Shown: one piece after another, positions 38,369 to 51,643 of the stretch
Position numbering within the stretch: position 1 is the first letter of the stretch
Layout: each line of letters starts with the position of its first letter
DNA from: Gammaproteobacteria bacterium
GTDB taxonomy: Bacteria; Pseudomonadota; Gammaproteobacteria; Ga0077536
DNA length: 64,000 nucleotides
Assembly: GCA_050184115.1 (NCBI GenBank)
Contig: JBFXAQ010000011.1
Span: 88,692-152,691, forward strand
Direction of reading: 5' to 3'
Made by a program: the position numbers and the translations under genes
Notes under the pieces: generated by a model
What the model saw: only the letters and a program-made list of their open reading frames with translations
The model's database searches: none
Told to the model about the DNA's origin: nothing

Positions 38369-38692
38369 TCAGCCTTTCGCCTGCCGTGCCGCTTTTTCTT
38401 CCAGACCTGAACGACCGAAGCGCCGCTCGAGTTCCGCCAAAACTTCGCCGGGCTCGATATCGAGATACTTGAGCATCACCACGGAATGAAACCATAAATC
38501 CGCAGTCTCGTATATCACCGCACCACGCTCGCCGTTCTTGCCCGCGATGATCGTTTCCGTGGCCTCTTCGCCCAGCTTTTTCAGGATCTTGTCGATGCCC
38601 GCATGAAGCAACGAGGCGACGTAGGACGAGTCCGGATCGCTGTCGCGACGCTCGTCGACGACCGCGGCGAGACGCTCGAGTACTTCGCTCAT
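38369..38692 (-). CDS. hisE: Phosphoribosyl-ATP pyrophosphatase
   Basis: [26 protein letters not shown]; ATG 38692. Confidence 0.95.
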   Translation of the reverse strand: MSEVLERLAAVVDERRDSDPDSSYVASLLHAGIDKILKKLGEEATETIIAGKNGERGAVIYETADLWFHSVVMLKYLDIEPGEVLAELERRFGRSGLEEKAARQAKG

Positions 38693-38720
38693 GTCATCAC
38701 CCCATGGACCGTCGGCGCGG

Positions 38721-39103
38721 TCATTGGTTGCCGTATATGTCTGCCGGATCGCGCAGCACCGGGTCGGTCTCGCGCCATGCCCCGTCCTCGAGACGACGGT
38801 AGAAGCAGCGGGCCCGCCCGGTGTGGCAAGCGATGCCGCCGGCCTGCTCGACCAGCAGGAGGATCGCATCGGCATCGCAGTCGAGTCGCACCTCGCGCAG
38901 GTGTTGCACGTGCCCGGATTCCTCGCCCTTGCGCCACAGCTTGTTGCGCGAGCGCGACCAGTAAACCGCGCGCCCTTCCGCTAAGCTCGCTTCCAGCGCC
39001 AAACGGTTCATCCAGGCCAGTGTCAGCACCTGGCCCGAGACGGCATCCTGCGTGATCACGGGGGCAAGGCCACGGTCGTCCCAGGCCACTTCGTCCAGCC
39101 AGC

Positions 39104-39107
<4 letters not shown>
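38721..39107 (-). CDS. hisI: Phosphoribosyl-AMP cyclohydrolase
   Basis: [27 protein letters not shown]. Confidence 0.95.
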
Positions 39108-39871
<764 letters not shown>

Positions 39872-40621
39872 TCAGGGTGCCGCATCGCCGCACAGTTCGT
39901 CGGCGAGGCGCTGAGCCTCACCGAAATCGAGCGTCCCCTCGTAGATCGCGCGCCCGGTAATCGCGCCCGTGATGCCTTCCGGGAACACGTTGCACAGCGC
40001 CCGGATGTCGTCGAGATTGGTCACACCGCCGGAGGCGATGACCGGGATGGTGAGCTGCCGCGCGAACTCGACGGTGGCCTCGATGTTGAGGCCGGTCATC
40101 ATGCCGTCGCGGCCGATGTCAGTGAAAACGATGGCGGCGACGCCGTCAGTTTCGAAATGCTGCGCGAGGTCGATCGCATCGTGGCGCGACAGCTTCGACC
40201 AGCCGTCGATGGCGACCTTGCCATCGCGCACATCGAGCCCGACGATGATGTGGCCGGGAAATTCGAGGCAGACGTCGGACACGAAGTGCGGCGCGGTCAC
40301 CGCCTTGGTACCGAGAATGACGAACCGCACCCCCGCATCGAGGTAGCGCTGGATGGTGTCCTCGTCACGAATGCCGCCACCGACCTGGATCGGCACCTGC
40401 GGACAGGCCTCGCAGATGGCGTGGATGATCTCGGAGTTGATCGGTCGCCCGTCGGTGGCTCCATTGAGATCGACGATGTGCAGGCGCCGTGCGCCGGCCT
40501 CGGCCCACCGCCGGGCGACGGCGACGGGATCGTCGGAGTAGACGGTACCCTGCGACATGTCTCCCTGGCGCAGGCGGACGCATTTACCGTCCTTGATATC
40601 AATGGCGGGTATCAACAGCAT
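39872..40621 (-). CDS. hisA: ProFAR isomerase
   Basis: [36 protein letters not shown]. Confidence 0.97.
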   Translation of the reverse strand: MLLIPAIDIKDGKCVRLRQGDMSQGTVYSDDPVAVARRWAEAGARRLHIVDLNGATDGRPINSEIIHAICEACPQVPIQVGGGIRDEDTIQRYLDAGVRFVILGTKAVTAPHFVSDVCLEFPGHIIVGLDVRDGKVAIDGWSKLSRHDAIDLAQHFETDGVAAIVFTDIGRDGMMTGLNIEATVEFARQLTIPVIASGGVTNLDDIRALCNVFPEGITGAITGRAIYEGTLDFGEAQRLADELCGDAAP

Positions 40622-40744
40622 GGGACTGTGAGCGCGGACGATGGCTGGAGTGGGCGTCGGCGTTGGGCTTGTTATAGCTCTATGCTCAAAATGTTAGCAC
40701 AAGCGACCGGGCGTTATGCATCCGCGGCGTTCGTCACCGCGGGA

Positions 40745-43444
40745 TCAATGGGCTTCATCCCAGTTCGCGCCGCGCCCGACCTCGACGATGAGCGGTACGG
40801 CGAGGTCCGCCGCCCCTTCCATGATGCCGCGCACGGCCTCGGCCACGCCATCGACGGCGTCGCGCTCGACCTCGAGCACCAGTTCGTCGTGGACCTGCAT
40901 GATCAGCGCGGCGTCGTGCCCGCACCCGGCCAGCCACGCATCGACGGCGATCATGGCACGCTTGATGATATCGGCGGCTGTGCCCTGCATGGGAGCGTTG
41001 ATGGCGGTGCGCTCGGCGTACTGGCGCATCTGCGGGTTCCGGGCGTTGATGTCTGGCAGGTAGAGGCGCCGTCCGAACACGGTTTCGACGTAGCCCTGCT
41101 CGCGGGCACGTTCCCGGGTGCCGTCCATGTAGGCGCGAACGCCGGGATAGCGGGCGAAGTAGCGATCGATGTAATCCTGTGCAGCACCACGCTCGATGCC
41201 GAGCTGGCGCGCCAGGCCGAAAGCCGACATGCCGTAGATTAGGCCGAAATTGATTGCCTTCGCAGCGCGGCGCTGGTCGTCGCCGACCTCGTCCAGGCTA
41301 GCGCCAAAGACCTCGGCCGCGGTCGCCCGGTGGACGTCCAGTCCTTGTTCGAAGGCTCCCAGCAGCCCGGCATCTCCCGACAGGTGGGCCATGATGCGCA
41401 GCTCGATCTGCGAGTAGTCGGCGGCCAGCAGCAGCTTGCCCGGCGGCGCCACGAAGGCCTGGCGTATGCGTCTGCCCTCGGTGGTGCGCACCGGGATGTT
41501 CTGCAGGTTCGGATCGGACGACGACAGGCGCCCGGTGGCAGCGACGGCCTGGTGGTAGCTGGTGTGTACCCGTCCGGTGTCGGGGTCGACCTGGCCCGGC
41601 AGCTTGTCGGTATAGGTCGACTTGAGTTTCGCCAGGCCACGGTGGTCGAGGATGAGGCGCGGCAGGTCGTAATCGTGGGCCAGCTCGGCGAGCACCGCTT
41701 CGGCGGTCGAGGGCTGGCCCTTGGGCGTCTTCTGCAGCACCGGCAGCCCGAGCTTGTCGAACAAGATCGCCTGGATCTGCTTGGGCGAACCGATATTGAA
41801 TACCTCGCCCGCCGCGTCGTGGGCGCGTACCTCGATCTCTGCCATGCGCTGCTCTAGCTCGGCGCTCTGCTCGAGCAGCATGCGGGTGTCGACATAGACA
41901 CCCCGTCGCTCCATATCGGAGAGCACCGGCACCAGCGGGATCTCGATGGCGCCGTAGACCGCCGCCAGGCCCGGCGTGTCGGCAATCTGTGGGTGCAATG
42001 CCTGATGCAGGCGCAGGCAGACCTCGGCGTCCTCGGCGGCATAGGGCGTGGCGTCGGCGATGGCCACCTCGGCGAAACCGATCTGCTTGGCACCCCTGCC
42101 GGTTACGTCCTCGTAGTGGATGGTGCGGTGATTGAGGTATTTCTGCGCGACCGAATCGAAATCGTGACGTGACGCCGTCGAATTCAGCACGTAGGACTCG
42201 AGCATGGTGTCGTGCGCGATACCGCGCAGCACGATGCCATGATTGGCGAGCACGTTGCGATCGTACTTGAGATTGTGGCCGACCTTGGCCCGCGCCGGAT
42301 CCTCGAGGAGTGGCCGCAGACGCTCCAGTACCTCGGTGCGCGGCAGTTGCTCCGGGCATCCGGGATAGTCATGGGCCAGCGGCACGTAGGCCGCGCGGCC
42401 GGTCACGGTGGCGAAAGAGACCCCGACAATCTCGGCCTGCATGTAATCGAGCGAGGTGGTCTCGGTATCGAAAGCGAAGTACGAGGCCGCCTCCAGCATC
42501 GCCAGCCAGCGATCGAGGCCCGCCTCGTCGAGGACCGACTCGTACTCCGCTGTGGGCGCGTCGGGCGGTGCCAGGCGAGACTCGGCGACACCACTGTCTT
42601 CCAGTTCCTTGAGCCAGCTATTGAACTCGAAGGTGCGGTAAAGCTCGACCAGTCGCGTGGCATCGAGTGGTGCGCGGACCAACTGACGAACATCGGCGTC
42701 GACCTCGACATCGCGCAGAATCGTGACCAGTTTGCGCGACAGCGGCAGTTGCTCGAGGGCGTCACGCAGGTTGTCTCCGATCTTGCCCTTGATGTCCTCG
42801 GCATGGGCGACGATGGCATCGAGACTGCCGTACTCCGCGAGCCATTTCACCGCCGTCTTAGGCCCGACCTTGGGTACACCGGGAATGTTGTCGACGGTGT
42901 CGCCGACCAGGGTCAGGTAGTCGATGATGCGATCCGGCGGGACGCCGAACTTGGCCTCGACACCCGCGCGGTCGAGCACCGAGTCATCCATGGTATTGAC
43001 CAGCGAAACGTGGTCATTGACCAGCTGGGCGAGGTCTTTGTCACCAGTCGATATGACGACCTCCATGTCGGCGGCCTCGGCACGGGTCGCCAGCGTACCG
43101 ATGACGTCGTCGGCTTCGACACCGGCAACCTGCAGCAATGGATAGCCGAGCGCACGGATGATGTCGTGCAGCGGCTCGATCTGGACGGCGAGTTCGTCCG
43201 GCATGGGCGGCCGATTGGCCTTGTATTCGGCGTACCACGCGTCACGCAACGTCGGCCCACGCGGATCGAACACCACCGCGAAATAGTCCGGCTGATAGGT
43301 CTGGACCAAGCGCCGCAACATGGCGATGACGCCGTGCATCGCGCCCGTGGGGTGATGCTTCGAGTTCGTCAGCATCGGCAAGGCATGAAAAGCCCGGTAC
43401 AAGTAGGACGAGCCGTCGACCAGAACGAGGGTTTTGCGAGCCAT
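40745..43444 (-). CDS. polA: DNA polymerase I
   Basis: 5'-3' exonuclease VDGSSYLYRAFH, 3'-5' exonuclease FDTETT, polymerase ADYSQIELR, KAINFGLIYG, QVHDEL; 899 aa. Confidence 0.98.
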   Translation of the reverse strand: MARKTLVLVDGSSYLYRAFHALPMLTNSKHHPTGAMHGVIAMLRRLVQTYQPDYFAVVFDPRGPTLRDAWYAEYKANRPPMPDELAVQIEPLHDIIRALGYPLLQVAGVEADDVIGTLATRAEAADMEVVISTGDKDLAQLVNDHVSLVNTMDDSVLDRAGVEAKFGVPPDRIIDYLTLVGDTVDNIPGVPKVGPKTAVKWLAEYGSLDAIVAHAEDIKGKIGDNLRDALEQLPLSRKLVTILRDVEVDADVRQLVRAPLDATRLVELYRTFEFNSWLKELEDSGVAESRLAPPDAPTAEYESVLDEAGLDRWLAMLEAASYFAFDTETTSLDYMQAEIVGVSFATVTGRAAYVPLAHDYPGCPEQLPRTEVLERLRPLLEDPARAKVGHNLKYDRNVLANHGIVLRGIAHDTMLESYVLNSTASRHDFDSVAQKYLNHRTIHYEDVTGRGAKQIGFAEVAIADATPYAAEDAEVCLRLHQALHPQIADTPGLAAVYGAIEIPLVPVLSDMERRGVYVDTRMLLEQSAELEQRMAEIEVRAHDAAGEVFNIGSPKQIQAILFDKLGLPVLQKTPKGQPSTAEAVLAELAHDYDLPRLILDHRGLAKLKSTYTDKLPGQVDPDTGRVHTSYHQAVAATGRLSSSDPNLQNIPVRTTEGRRIRQAFVAPPGKLLLAADYSQIELRIMAHLSGDAGLLGAFEQGLDVHRATAAEVFGASLDEVGDDQRRAAKAINFGLIYGMSAFGLARQLGIERGAAQDYIDRYFARYPGVRAYMDGTRERAREQGYVETVFGRRLYLPDINARNPQMRQYAERTAINAPMQGTAADIIKRAMIAVDAWLAGCGHDAALIMQVHDELVLEVERDAVDGVAEAVRGIMEGAADLAVPLIVEVGRGANWDEAH

Positions 43445-43553
43445 GCCGAAATTGCCTGCGCGAGCGCGTGGCGGCGCTGATTTGCCGGGGGTTCGATGCT
43501 ATTCTATCGCCCCACCGACGCCCAAAGATCATGTCGCCGAGAACGTCAGCCCC

Positions 43554-43916
43554 ATGAAATTCCGCGCCACCGTCTTGCTGCCCGCCATCCTTCTCGCGAG
43601 CTTCGCGCAGGCCGACGAGGAAGCGACGGCACCCGAGTTCGTCGAGGTTCCGCCGCCGCCGCCGGTCAACATCGACCCGCAAGCTGGAGTGGAGGGCGAC
43701 GAGGAACTCGAACCCGAAGTGACCATCATCAATCGCAAGGACGCCACCTACGAGGAATACCGGCTCAACGGACGTCTCTACATGGTGAAGGTCAAGCCAG
43801 TGGTCGGACCGCCCTATTACTACGTCGACCGCGATGGTGATGGCCTCATGGAAACCCGCATGAACGAGCGCACGTCGAAGCCGACGGTGCCACAATGGGT
43901 GATTTTCAGCTGGTAG
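43554..43916 (+). CDS. Exported DUF2782-like protein
   Basis: Signal peptide, EPEVTII, EEYRLNGRLYMVKVKP..GPPYY, VPQWVIFSW; located between polA and thrB. Confidence 0.85.
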   Translation: MKFRATVLLPAILLASFAQADEEATAPEFVEVPPPPPVNIDPQAGVEGDEELEPEVTIINRKDATYEEYRLNGRLYMVKVKPVVGPPYYYVDRDGDGLMETRMNERTSKPTVPQWVIFSW

Positions 43917-44258
43917 GGGCTGGGTCCGAAACCCGATCGTCTGCCCCCTGCCACGATTGACGCGGTGGCTCGGCGACGCGGAGCAAGAACCGTGCGACGC
44001 GGCTGCATGAGTCGGCGATGGCATCGCCAGACGCGAAACCAGTTGCGAACCGTGGGTATCCGCCGTCCGGCATGCGCCGTGGCAAAGCGGCCTTCGGGAG
44101 CCCTAGCGCTGTACCCTGCACACCTCACCCCGTGCGATGCGCTCGGCGGGACAAGCTTGATATCGACGATTGGGCATCACGCGCAGAGCGTGCGCGGCGG
44201 GCAGCCCATCGCTTTCGCCGCCTGATGGCGCGTCGCAGCCGAGACCTGCCGCACGATC

Positions 44259-45212
44259 ATGTCCGTATTCACCATCGTCAGGCGTCCTGAACTCGAGGAG
44301 TTCCTGCGCGGCTACGACGTCGGCGAGCTGCTCGACTTCGAAGGTATCGAGGCAGGAATCGAGAACACCAACTACTTCGTCACCACCTCCGCGGGACGTT
44401 TCGTGCTCACCTTGTTCGAGGCCACGCCACGAGCTGAACTGGGCTATTTCCTCGACCTCATGGCGTTCCTCGCCGAGCATGGACTACCGAGCGCACACCC
44501 CATCGCGACTCGCAGCGGAGACTTCCTCGGCGCACTCAACGGTCGCCCGGCGGCGCTGGTCGTGCGCCTTCCGGGGCGCAGCGTGCCCTCTCCCAGCGCT
44601 GTGCAATGCGGTGCAATCGGTGCCGCACTCGCCACCATGCACCGGGCGGTGGGTGAATTCGGCGGTTTCCGCGCCAACGACCGGGGTGCCGCCTGGCGGC
44701 ACGCGGTCGCACTTCGCATCTCGCCGCATCTGGACGAGGCCGACCGTACACTGCTCGGAGCCGCGCTCGCCGACGACGAACTCGAGCGCGCGTACGACCT
44801 CCCCGGCGGGGTCATCCACGCGGACCTGTTCCATGACAATGCCTTGTTCGAGGGCGCTCGACTGACCGGCATCATCGATTTCTACTACGCCCACAATGGG
44901 CCGTTCATCTACGATCTAGCTGTCACCGTCGCCGATTGGTGTTTCGTCGATGGCGGCCTCGATCCGACGCGGGCGCATGCATTGGTAACGGCATACGCTG
45001 GCGGACGAACCGTGGACGCGGAGGAACGCGCCTGCTGGGCTGCGGCGGTACGGGCGGCTGGCGCGCGATTCTGGATCTCGCGCCTGCAGGATCAACTCTT
45101 CCCGCGTGATGCCGCGCTCACCTTCATCAAGGATCCAGCCCCGTTCCGGGCCGTACTGGTGGCGGGATTCGAAGACCGGGCGGCGCTGGATCGCGTCTGG
45201 GAAGCAAGCTGA
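44259..45212 (+). CDS. thrB: Homoserine kinase type II (APH-like fold)
   Basis: MSVFT, GIENTNYF, VIHADLFHDN, IIDFYYA. Confidence 0.92.
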   Translation: MSVFTIVRRPELEEFLRGYDVGELLDFEGIEAGIENTNYFVTTSAGRFVLTLFEATPRAELGYFLDLMAFLAEHGLPSAHPIATRSGDFLGALNGRPAALVVRLPGRSVPSPSAVQCGAIGAALATMHRAVGEFGGFRANDRGAAWRHAVALRISPHLDEADRTLLGAALADDELERAYDLPGGVIHADLFHDNALFEGARLTGIIDFYYAHNGPFIYDLAVTVADWCFVDGGLDPTRAHALVTAYAGGRTVDAEERACWAAAVRAAGARFWISRLQDQLFPRDAALTFIKDPAPFRAVLVAGFEDRAALDRVWEAS

Positions 45213-45259
45213 GCGACGCGGAAAGCTTTCGTCGTCCGGCGCGCGTTGCTCGGTCTCCC

Positions 45260-45290
45260 AAAAAACAAGCCCCGCCGAAGCGGGGCTTGT
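45260..45290 (-). terminator. Rho-independent terminator of the OmpA-family gene (possibly bidirectional)
   Basis: ACAAGCCCCGC-CGAA-GCGGGGCTTGT 11-bp stem with an A-run at 45260-45265 (U-tract on the minus strand), between convergent genes. Confidence 0.88.
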
Positions 45291-45313
45291 CAGTGCTGGG
45301 CGGGATGCCCGGC

Positions 45314-46054
45314 TCAGTTTTTCGTCACGACCAGATCGACGCGACGATTCTTATACATGTTCTCCGCGGTGTCGTTCGGTGCAACCGGAGCCGACTCGCC
45401 GTAACCGATGGCTGCCAAGCGACCTGCGGCGATGCCCTTGCCGACCAGATAGGCGACAACCGCTTCGGCGCGTCGCTGCGACAGCTTCTGATTGTAGGCA
45501 TCCGAACCACGGCTGTCGGTGTGACCTTCCACGCGCACGTGGACTGACGGATTCTCGTTCAGTGCCTTGACGGCGCCGTCGAGGATCGTGGCCGATTCCG
45601 GCTTGATCGTCGCCTTATTGGTGTCGAAGTTGACACCTTCGAGACGCATCAGGGTCTCGCCGACCTCGGGGCAGCCTTTGGCGTTGACCTTGACGCCCGC
45701 GGGGGTTCCCGGGCATTCGTCGTTCGGGTCGATGACGCCATCACCGTCGGTGTCTTTCGGCGGCGGCGGGGGCGGCGGCGGGGCCGGCTTGGCGACAGGC
45801 TTGGGCGCCGGCTGGGGTGCCGGCGGCTCGGTGCGGTCTTGGCACAGGAAGTAGCCGAGGCCCGCGCCGATTACGGCACCGGCCGCCATCGGGCCCGCGT
45901 CGTCGCCACCCAGGCCACCGGCAACGACGCCGGCACCGAGCACCGACCCGAGCAACGGGCACAGCACGGTTGTTGGTTTGACGTTCTGCTCGGCGCAGCC
46001 CGTGGCGAGCGCGCCGAGGACGAGAAGCGTCACGAGTCTCGAAAGTTTGCTCAT
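45314..46054 (-). CDS. OmpA-family lipoprotein with thrombospondin type 3-like Ca-binding repeat
   Basis: Lipobox-like LATGC, Pro-rich linker, DTDGDGVIDPNDECPGTP, OmpA domain EGHTDSRGSDAYNQKLSQRRA...NRRV. Confidence 0.9.
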   Translation of the reverse strand: MSKLSRLVTLLVLGALATGCAEQNVKPTTVLCPLLGSVLGAGVVAGGLGGDDAGPMAAGAVIGAGLGYFLCQDRTEPPAPQPAPKPVAKPAPPPPPPPPKDTDGDGVIDPNDECPGTPAGVKVNAKGCPEVGETLMRLEGVNFDTNKATIKPESATILDGAVKALNENPSVHVRVEGHTDSRGSDAYNQKLSQRRAEAVVAYLVGKGIAAGRLAAIGYGESAPVAPNDTAENMYKNRRVDLVVTKN

Positions 46055-46250
46055 AGCCGATGTCCCCAAAGATTCTTGTGGCTCTTTACATTCCATGCCC
46101 ACTCGGGCGGCGCCCGCGCCGCGGGCGATCGCGGAAAAGTTGACGTGTTGCTTTTACGCTACAACTAAACCGCAACAACAATGTTACCACATCGCTCGCC
46201 GATTCCCAGCGTTTCCTGCGGTTACGCGCTGGGAAGCGTTCCCGCTACTT

Positions 46251-47603
46251 TCAAACCAGGAACTGTGACGCCAGGCCGAGAAACGCGAAGAAGCCTACGA
46301 CGTCGGTGACCGTCGTCAGGACGACACCCCCCGCAAGTGCCGGGTCGATCTTCATCCAACGCAGGGCGATCGGTATGGCTGCCCCGGCCAGACCGGCGGT
46401 GAACAGGTTGAGCACCATCGCGCAGCCGATGACGGCCCCGAGGCGGGCGTCGTTGAACCAAGCCGCGGCAATCAGGGCGACGACGACCGCCCAGATCGCC
46501 CCGTTGATGACACCGACCGCCACTTCCCGCCGTAACACCGAACGCGCGTTGGCCGGCCCGACCTGGCCGAGGGCGAGCCCCCGAACGACGATGGTGAGGG
46601 TCTGACTGCCCGCGATACCGCCCATGCTCGCGACCACCGGCATCAGCACCGCCAACGCGACCAATCGGTCGATGGTGGCCTCGAACAGGCCGATGACCCA
46701 CGCGGCGAGAAACGCCGTGCCGAGGTTGATCGCCAACCACAGCGCGCGCTGTCGGGCGGTGACCAGCAACGGCGCGAAAAGATCGTGCTCCTCGTCGAGA
46801 CCGGCGGCGGACATCAGCGAGCGGTCGCTCTCCTCGCGGATGACGTCGACGACGTCGTCGATGGTGATTCGCCCGAGCAGATGTCCACCCTCGTCCACTA
46901 CCGGTGCTGAGATCAGGTCGCGTTGCTCGAACAGCAGCACGACTTCGGAAACCGGGCTATCCGCCGGAATCGGGCGTTCGTCGACAGACATGACTGCCTC
47001 GACCCGGCTTTCAGGACTGGCCAGCACCAGGCTGGTCAGGCGCAGGACACCGAGGTAGACATTGCCGCGGTCGACGACGAACAACTGGTCGGTGTTGTCT
47101 GGCATACGCGCCATGCGCCGCAGGTAGCGCAGCACCACCTCGACCGAGATATCGCTGCGCACGGTGACCGCATCCGGATTCATCAAGCCGCCGGCGCTGT
47201 CGTAGGGGAAGGTCAGGACCGCCGCGATACGCTGCCGGTTCTGTTCGTCCATGGACAGCAGGACCTCGTCGGCGAGATCCTCGGGCAGGTCCTGCAGGAT
47301 ATCGGCGACGTCGTCCGAGTCGAGCTGGCTGGTCGCCTGCGCCACCTGCTCGGGTGCCATGTCTTCGAGCAGGCTGTTGCGTACCGCCGTGCTGGCATGC
47401 GAGAGCACGTCGCCCTCGATGGCCGAGTCGAGATGCACCCAGAGTTCGGCGCGGATCGGCCCTGGCAGAGACTCGAGGAGGTCGGCGACTTCGGACGGGT
47501 GCAGTTCGGCGAGGAACTCGCGCACGCGCCGGATCTCGTTCGCCTCCAGGGCATCCTGGACGGCCTGTACGAACTCCTGGGTACGGCTGAACTGCTCTGC
47601 CAT
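46251..47603 (-). CDS. mgtE: Magnesium transporter MgtE
   Basis: HPSEVAD, SAGGLM, CBS pair, GRITIDDV, MGGIAGSQT, DPALAGG...TTVTDV. Confidence 0.95.
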   Translation of the reverse strand: MAEQFSRTQEFVQAVQDALEANEIRRVREFLAELHPSEVADLLESLPGPIRAELWVHLDSAIEGDVLSHASTAVRNSLLEDMAPEQVAQATSQLDSDDVADILQDLPEDLADEVLLSMDEQNRQRIAAVLTFPYDSAGGLMNPDAVTVRSDISVEVVLRYLRRMARMPDNTDQLFVVDRGNVYLGVLRLTSLVLASPESRVEAVMSVDERPIPADSPVSEVVLLFEQRDLISAPVVDEGGHLLGRITIDDVVDVIREESDRSLMSAAGLDEEHDLFAPLLVTARQRALWLAINLGTAFLAAWVIGLFEATIDRLVALAVLMPVVASMGGIAGSQTLTIVVRGLALGQVGPANARSVLRREVAVGVINGAIWAVVVALIAAAWFNDARLGAVIGCAMVLNLFTAGLAGAAIPIALRWMKIDPALAGGVVLTTVTDVVGFFAFLGLASQFLV

Positions 47604-47717
47604 GGCGTGTTTTCCGGCTCCGCGCCGCACCGCGCGGGTGGGCCAGGCAGTGTAGCAACTAAGCCTTGCGCCGAGTGAACCGTTCAGCCATCGCGGCCGC
47701 TCACCGGCAACCCTCCG

Positions 47718-49444
<1,727 letters not shown>

Positions 49445-49448
<4 letters not shown>

Positions 49449-49714
49449 GACGACTCCCCGAAGCGGTCGGCAATCAGCGCCTCCAGGGCGGTCAGCGCTT
49501 CCTCGGCGTCGTCGCCCTCGGTGTGGATCTCGAGTTCCGCGCCCTGACCTGCCGCGAGCATCATCACGCCCATGATGCTCTTGCCGTTGATTTCCTTGTC
49601 GTTACGTCGCACCAGCACCGAGCAACCGTAGTGCCCTGCCGTCTGCACGAACTTCGCGGCCGCCCGTGCATGCAACCCCAGACGATTGATGATGGTGACT
49701 TTGCTGGTTGGCAT
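49445..49714 (-). CDS. ptsH: Phosphocarrier protein HPr/NPr
   Basis: INRLGLHARAAAKFV, NGKSIMGVMML; ATG 49714. Confidence 0.9.
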
Positions 49715-49891
49715 GCGAAGTGCCCTCAATCGGCGCGAACAGCGCACATGTCGACCACCCGCGCGGTGCGCCCCCCGTGTCGTCTGCACGACCCAAGACT
49801 CATTGCGTTCGCCCGTTCGCCGATACGAGGGCGTTTCGTCCTGCCAGCGACCGGCGCGGCCGCGTCTCCTCCTGCGACCATAACGTCCTCG

Positions 49892-50779
49892 CTACGTGTC
49901 GCGGTGACTGATCACCGCCTTGCGCCCACGCGCCGCGAAGTGCCGCGCGACGGTTTCGACCATGTAGACCGAGCGGTGCCGCCCGCCCGTGCAACCGAAG
50001 GCGACCGTGAGATAACTGCGATTGACGGCCTCGAACCGCGGTACCCAGGCATCGAGGTAGACGGTGACATCGGTGACCATCTCCCGTACCAGCGGCGACG
50101 CCTCGAGGAAGGCGCGAACCGGGCCGTCCCGTCCGCTCAGGTCACGCAGATCCATCTCCCAGTAGGGATTTGGTAGCGCACGCATGTCGAAAACGAAATC
50201 GGCATCGGCCGGCACACCGTTCTTGAAGCCGAACGATTGAAGCTGCAACGCCATCGTACCGACGGTGCGTCCGGTCACCAGTTCGCGGATCGTGTTGCGC
50301 AACTGGTGAACGTTCATGTGCGTTGTGTCGAGCCGCAGATCGGCGCGCCGTGTCAGCGGATCGAGCAGGATGCGTTCGCGCTCGATGGCATCGGCAAGCG
50401 CGAATTCCTCGGTCGACAAGGGATGCTTGCGGCGCGTCTCGCTGAAGCGCTTGAGCAGGGTTTCGTCGCTGGCATCGATGAAGAGGAGTTCGGCGGCAAC
50501 ACCCGCGCGCGCGAGGTTATCCAACGTGGCCGGCAGCTGCGCGATGGCGGACGGCAGGTTGCGGGCGTCAACACCGACCGCGACGCGATCGAAATGCGGC
50601 AGGTCGTGGCCCTCGAGATGGGTGGCGAAAGTCTCCAGAATGCCGACCGGCAGGTTGTCGACGCAGTAGAAGCCGGCGTCCTCGAGCGCGTGCAGAGCGA
50701 CGGTCTTGCCCGCGCCCGACAGGCCCGAAATGATCAGGAAACGATGCCCATCGTCCATGGCGCGCGGCCGGTCAATCAC
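49892..50779 (-). CDS. rapZ: RNase adapter RapZ (P-loop NTPase)
   Basis: GLSGAGKT, LEDAGFYCVDNLP, SFGFKNG, GCTGGRHRSV. Confidence 0.95.
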   Translation of the reverse strand: MIDRPRAMDDGHRFLIISGLSGAGKTVALHALEDAGFYCVDNLPVGILETFATHLEGHDLPHFDRVAVGVDARNLPSAIAQLPATLDNLARAGVAAELLFIDASDETLLKRFSETRRKHPLSTEEFALADAIERERILLDPLTRRADLRLDTTHMNVHQLRNTIRELVTGRTVGTMALQLQSFGFKNGVPADADFVFDMRALPNPYWEMDLRDLSGRDGPVRAFLEASPLVREMVTDVTVYLDAWVPRFEAVNRSYLTVAFGCTGGRHRSVYMVETVARHFAARGRKAVISHRDT

Positions 50780-51236
50780 CGCCCGTGCCGTCGGCGGTCA
50801 GCTCGGCGAACACCGTGGCCGGCTCCTCCGCGGCACGGAGCCGAGCGACGAACCCGCCGTCGGACAGCTTGCCGGCCAGCGCCGCCAAGAGGTCGAGGTG
50901 CTCCTGCCGCGCCTCCGTCGGAACGCAAAGCGCGAAGAAGAGATCCACCGGCGCGTTGTCCACGGCGTCGAATCCGATCGGCGCGGCGGTGCGAAGGAAC
51001 GCGCCAACCGGACTGGCAGCGCCGCTGGCGCGGCCGTGCGGGATGGCGATGCCGGCGCCGAGCCCGGTGGTGCCGAGACGTTCACGGGCGATCAGGCTGT
51101 CGAACACGTCCTTGCTCTTCAGCGTCGGCGCTGCCGAGGCCAGCATCCCGGCCAGGCGCTCGAGCACCGCCTTCTTGCTGGCCAGGTCGACGCCGATAGC
51201 GACGCGATCCGGGGCGAGGATTTGCACGATTTTCAT
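50772..51236 (-). CDS. ptsN: PTS EIIA-Ntr
   Basis: SKKAVLE, RERLGTTGLGAGIAIPHGR, FDAVDNAPVDL. Confidence 0.93.
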   Translation of the reverse strand: MKIVQILAPDRVAIGVDLASKKAVLERLAGMLASAAPTLKSKDVFDSLIARERLGTTGLGAGIAIPHGRASGAASPVGAFLRTAAPIGFDAVDNAPVDLFFALCVPTEARQEHLDLLAALAGKLSDGGFVARLRAAEEPATVFAELTADGTGGD

Positions 51237-51271
51237 GGTTTCGTGGCCATCATCGGGCGCTGCGTCCCACT

Positions 51272-51565
51272 TCAACCGCGGTGGTTGGTGATCTTTTCCT
51301 TGTGCTTCTTGACCTGGCGGTCGAGTTTGTCGAGCAGCAGGTCGATGGCGGCATACATGTCGTCGTTCTCGCTGTGGGCATGGATGTTGTTGCCGGCGAC
51401 GTGCACGGTGGCTTCGGCCTTGTGTCGTTGTTTCTCGACGCTCAAGACGACGTGGATGTCCACGACCTGGTCGAAATGGCGTTCGATGCGCGTGATCTTG
51501 CTGCGAATGTAGTCCTGCATCGAGTCGGTGACGTCGACGTGATGGCCATCAATACTGAGCTGCAT
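51272..51565 (-). CDS. hpf: Ribosome hibernation promoting factor
   Basis: MQLSIDGHHVDVT, DMYAAIDLLLDKLDRQVKKHKEK; downstream of rpoN. Confidence 0.95.
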   Translation of the reverse strand: MQLSIDGHHVDVTDSMQDYIRSKITRIERHFDQVVDIHVVLSVEKQRHKAEATVHVAGNNIHAHSENDDMYAAIDLLLDKLDRQVKKHKEKITNHRG

Positions 51566-51643
51566 GGGTTCCTCCTGGGTAGCATTCAGGATGCCGCGTC
51601 GTGAGGCGCGGCATTAAACTGGCGGGCGCCATGCCGGGCGCGT

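Noticed and set aside
43917-44258. 340-bp gap upstream of thrB as a riboswitch or ncRNA
   Set aside because: Some GC-rich hairpin potential but no motif I could match with confidence; an Infernal/Rfam scan would be needed.
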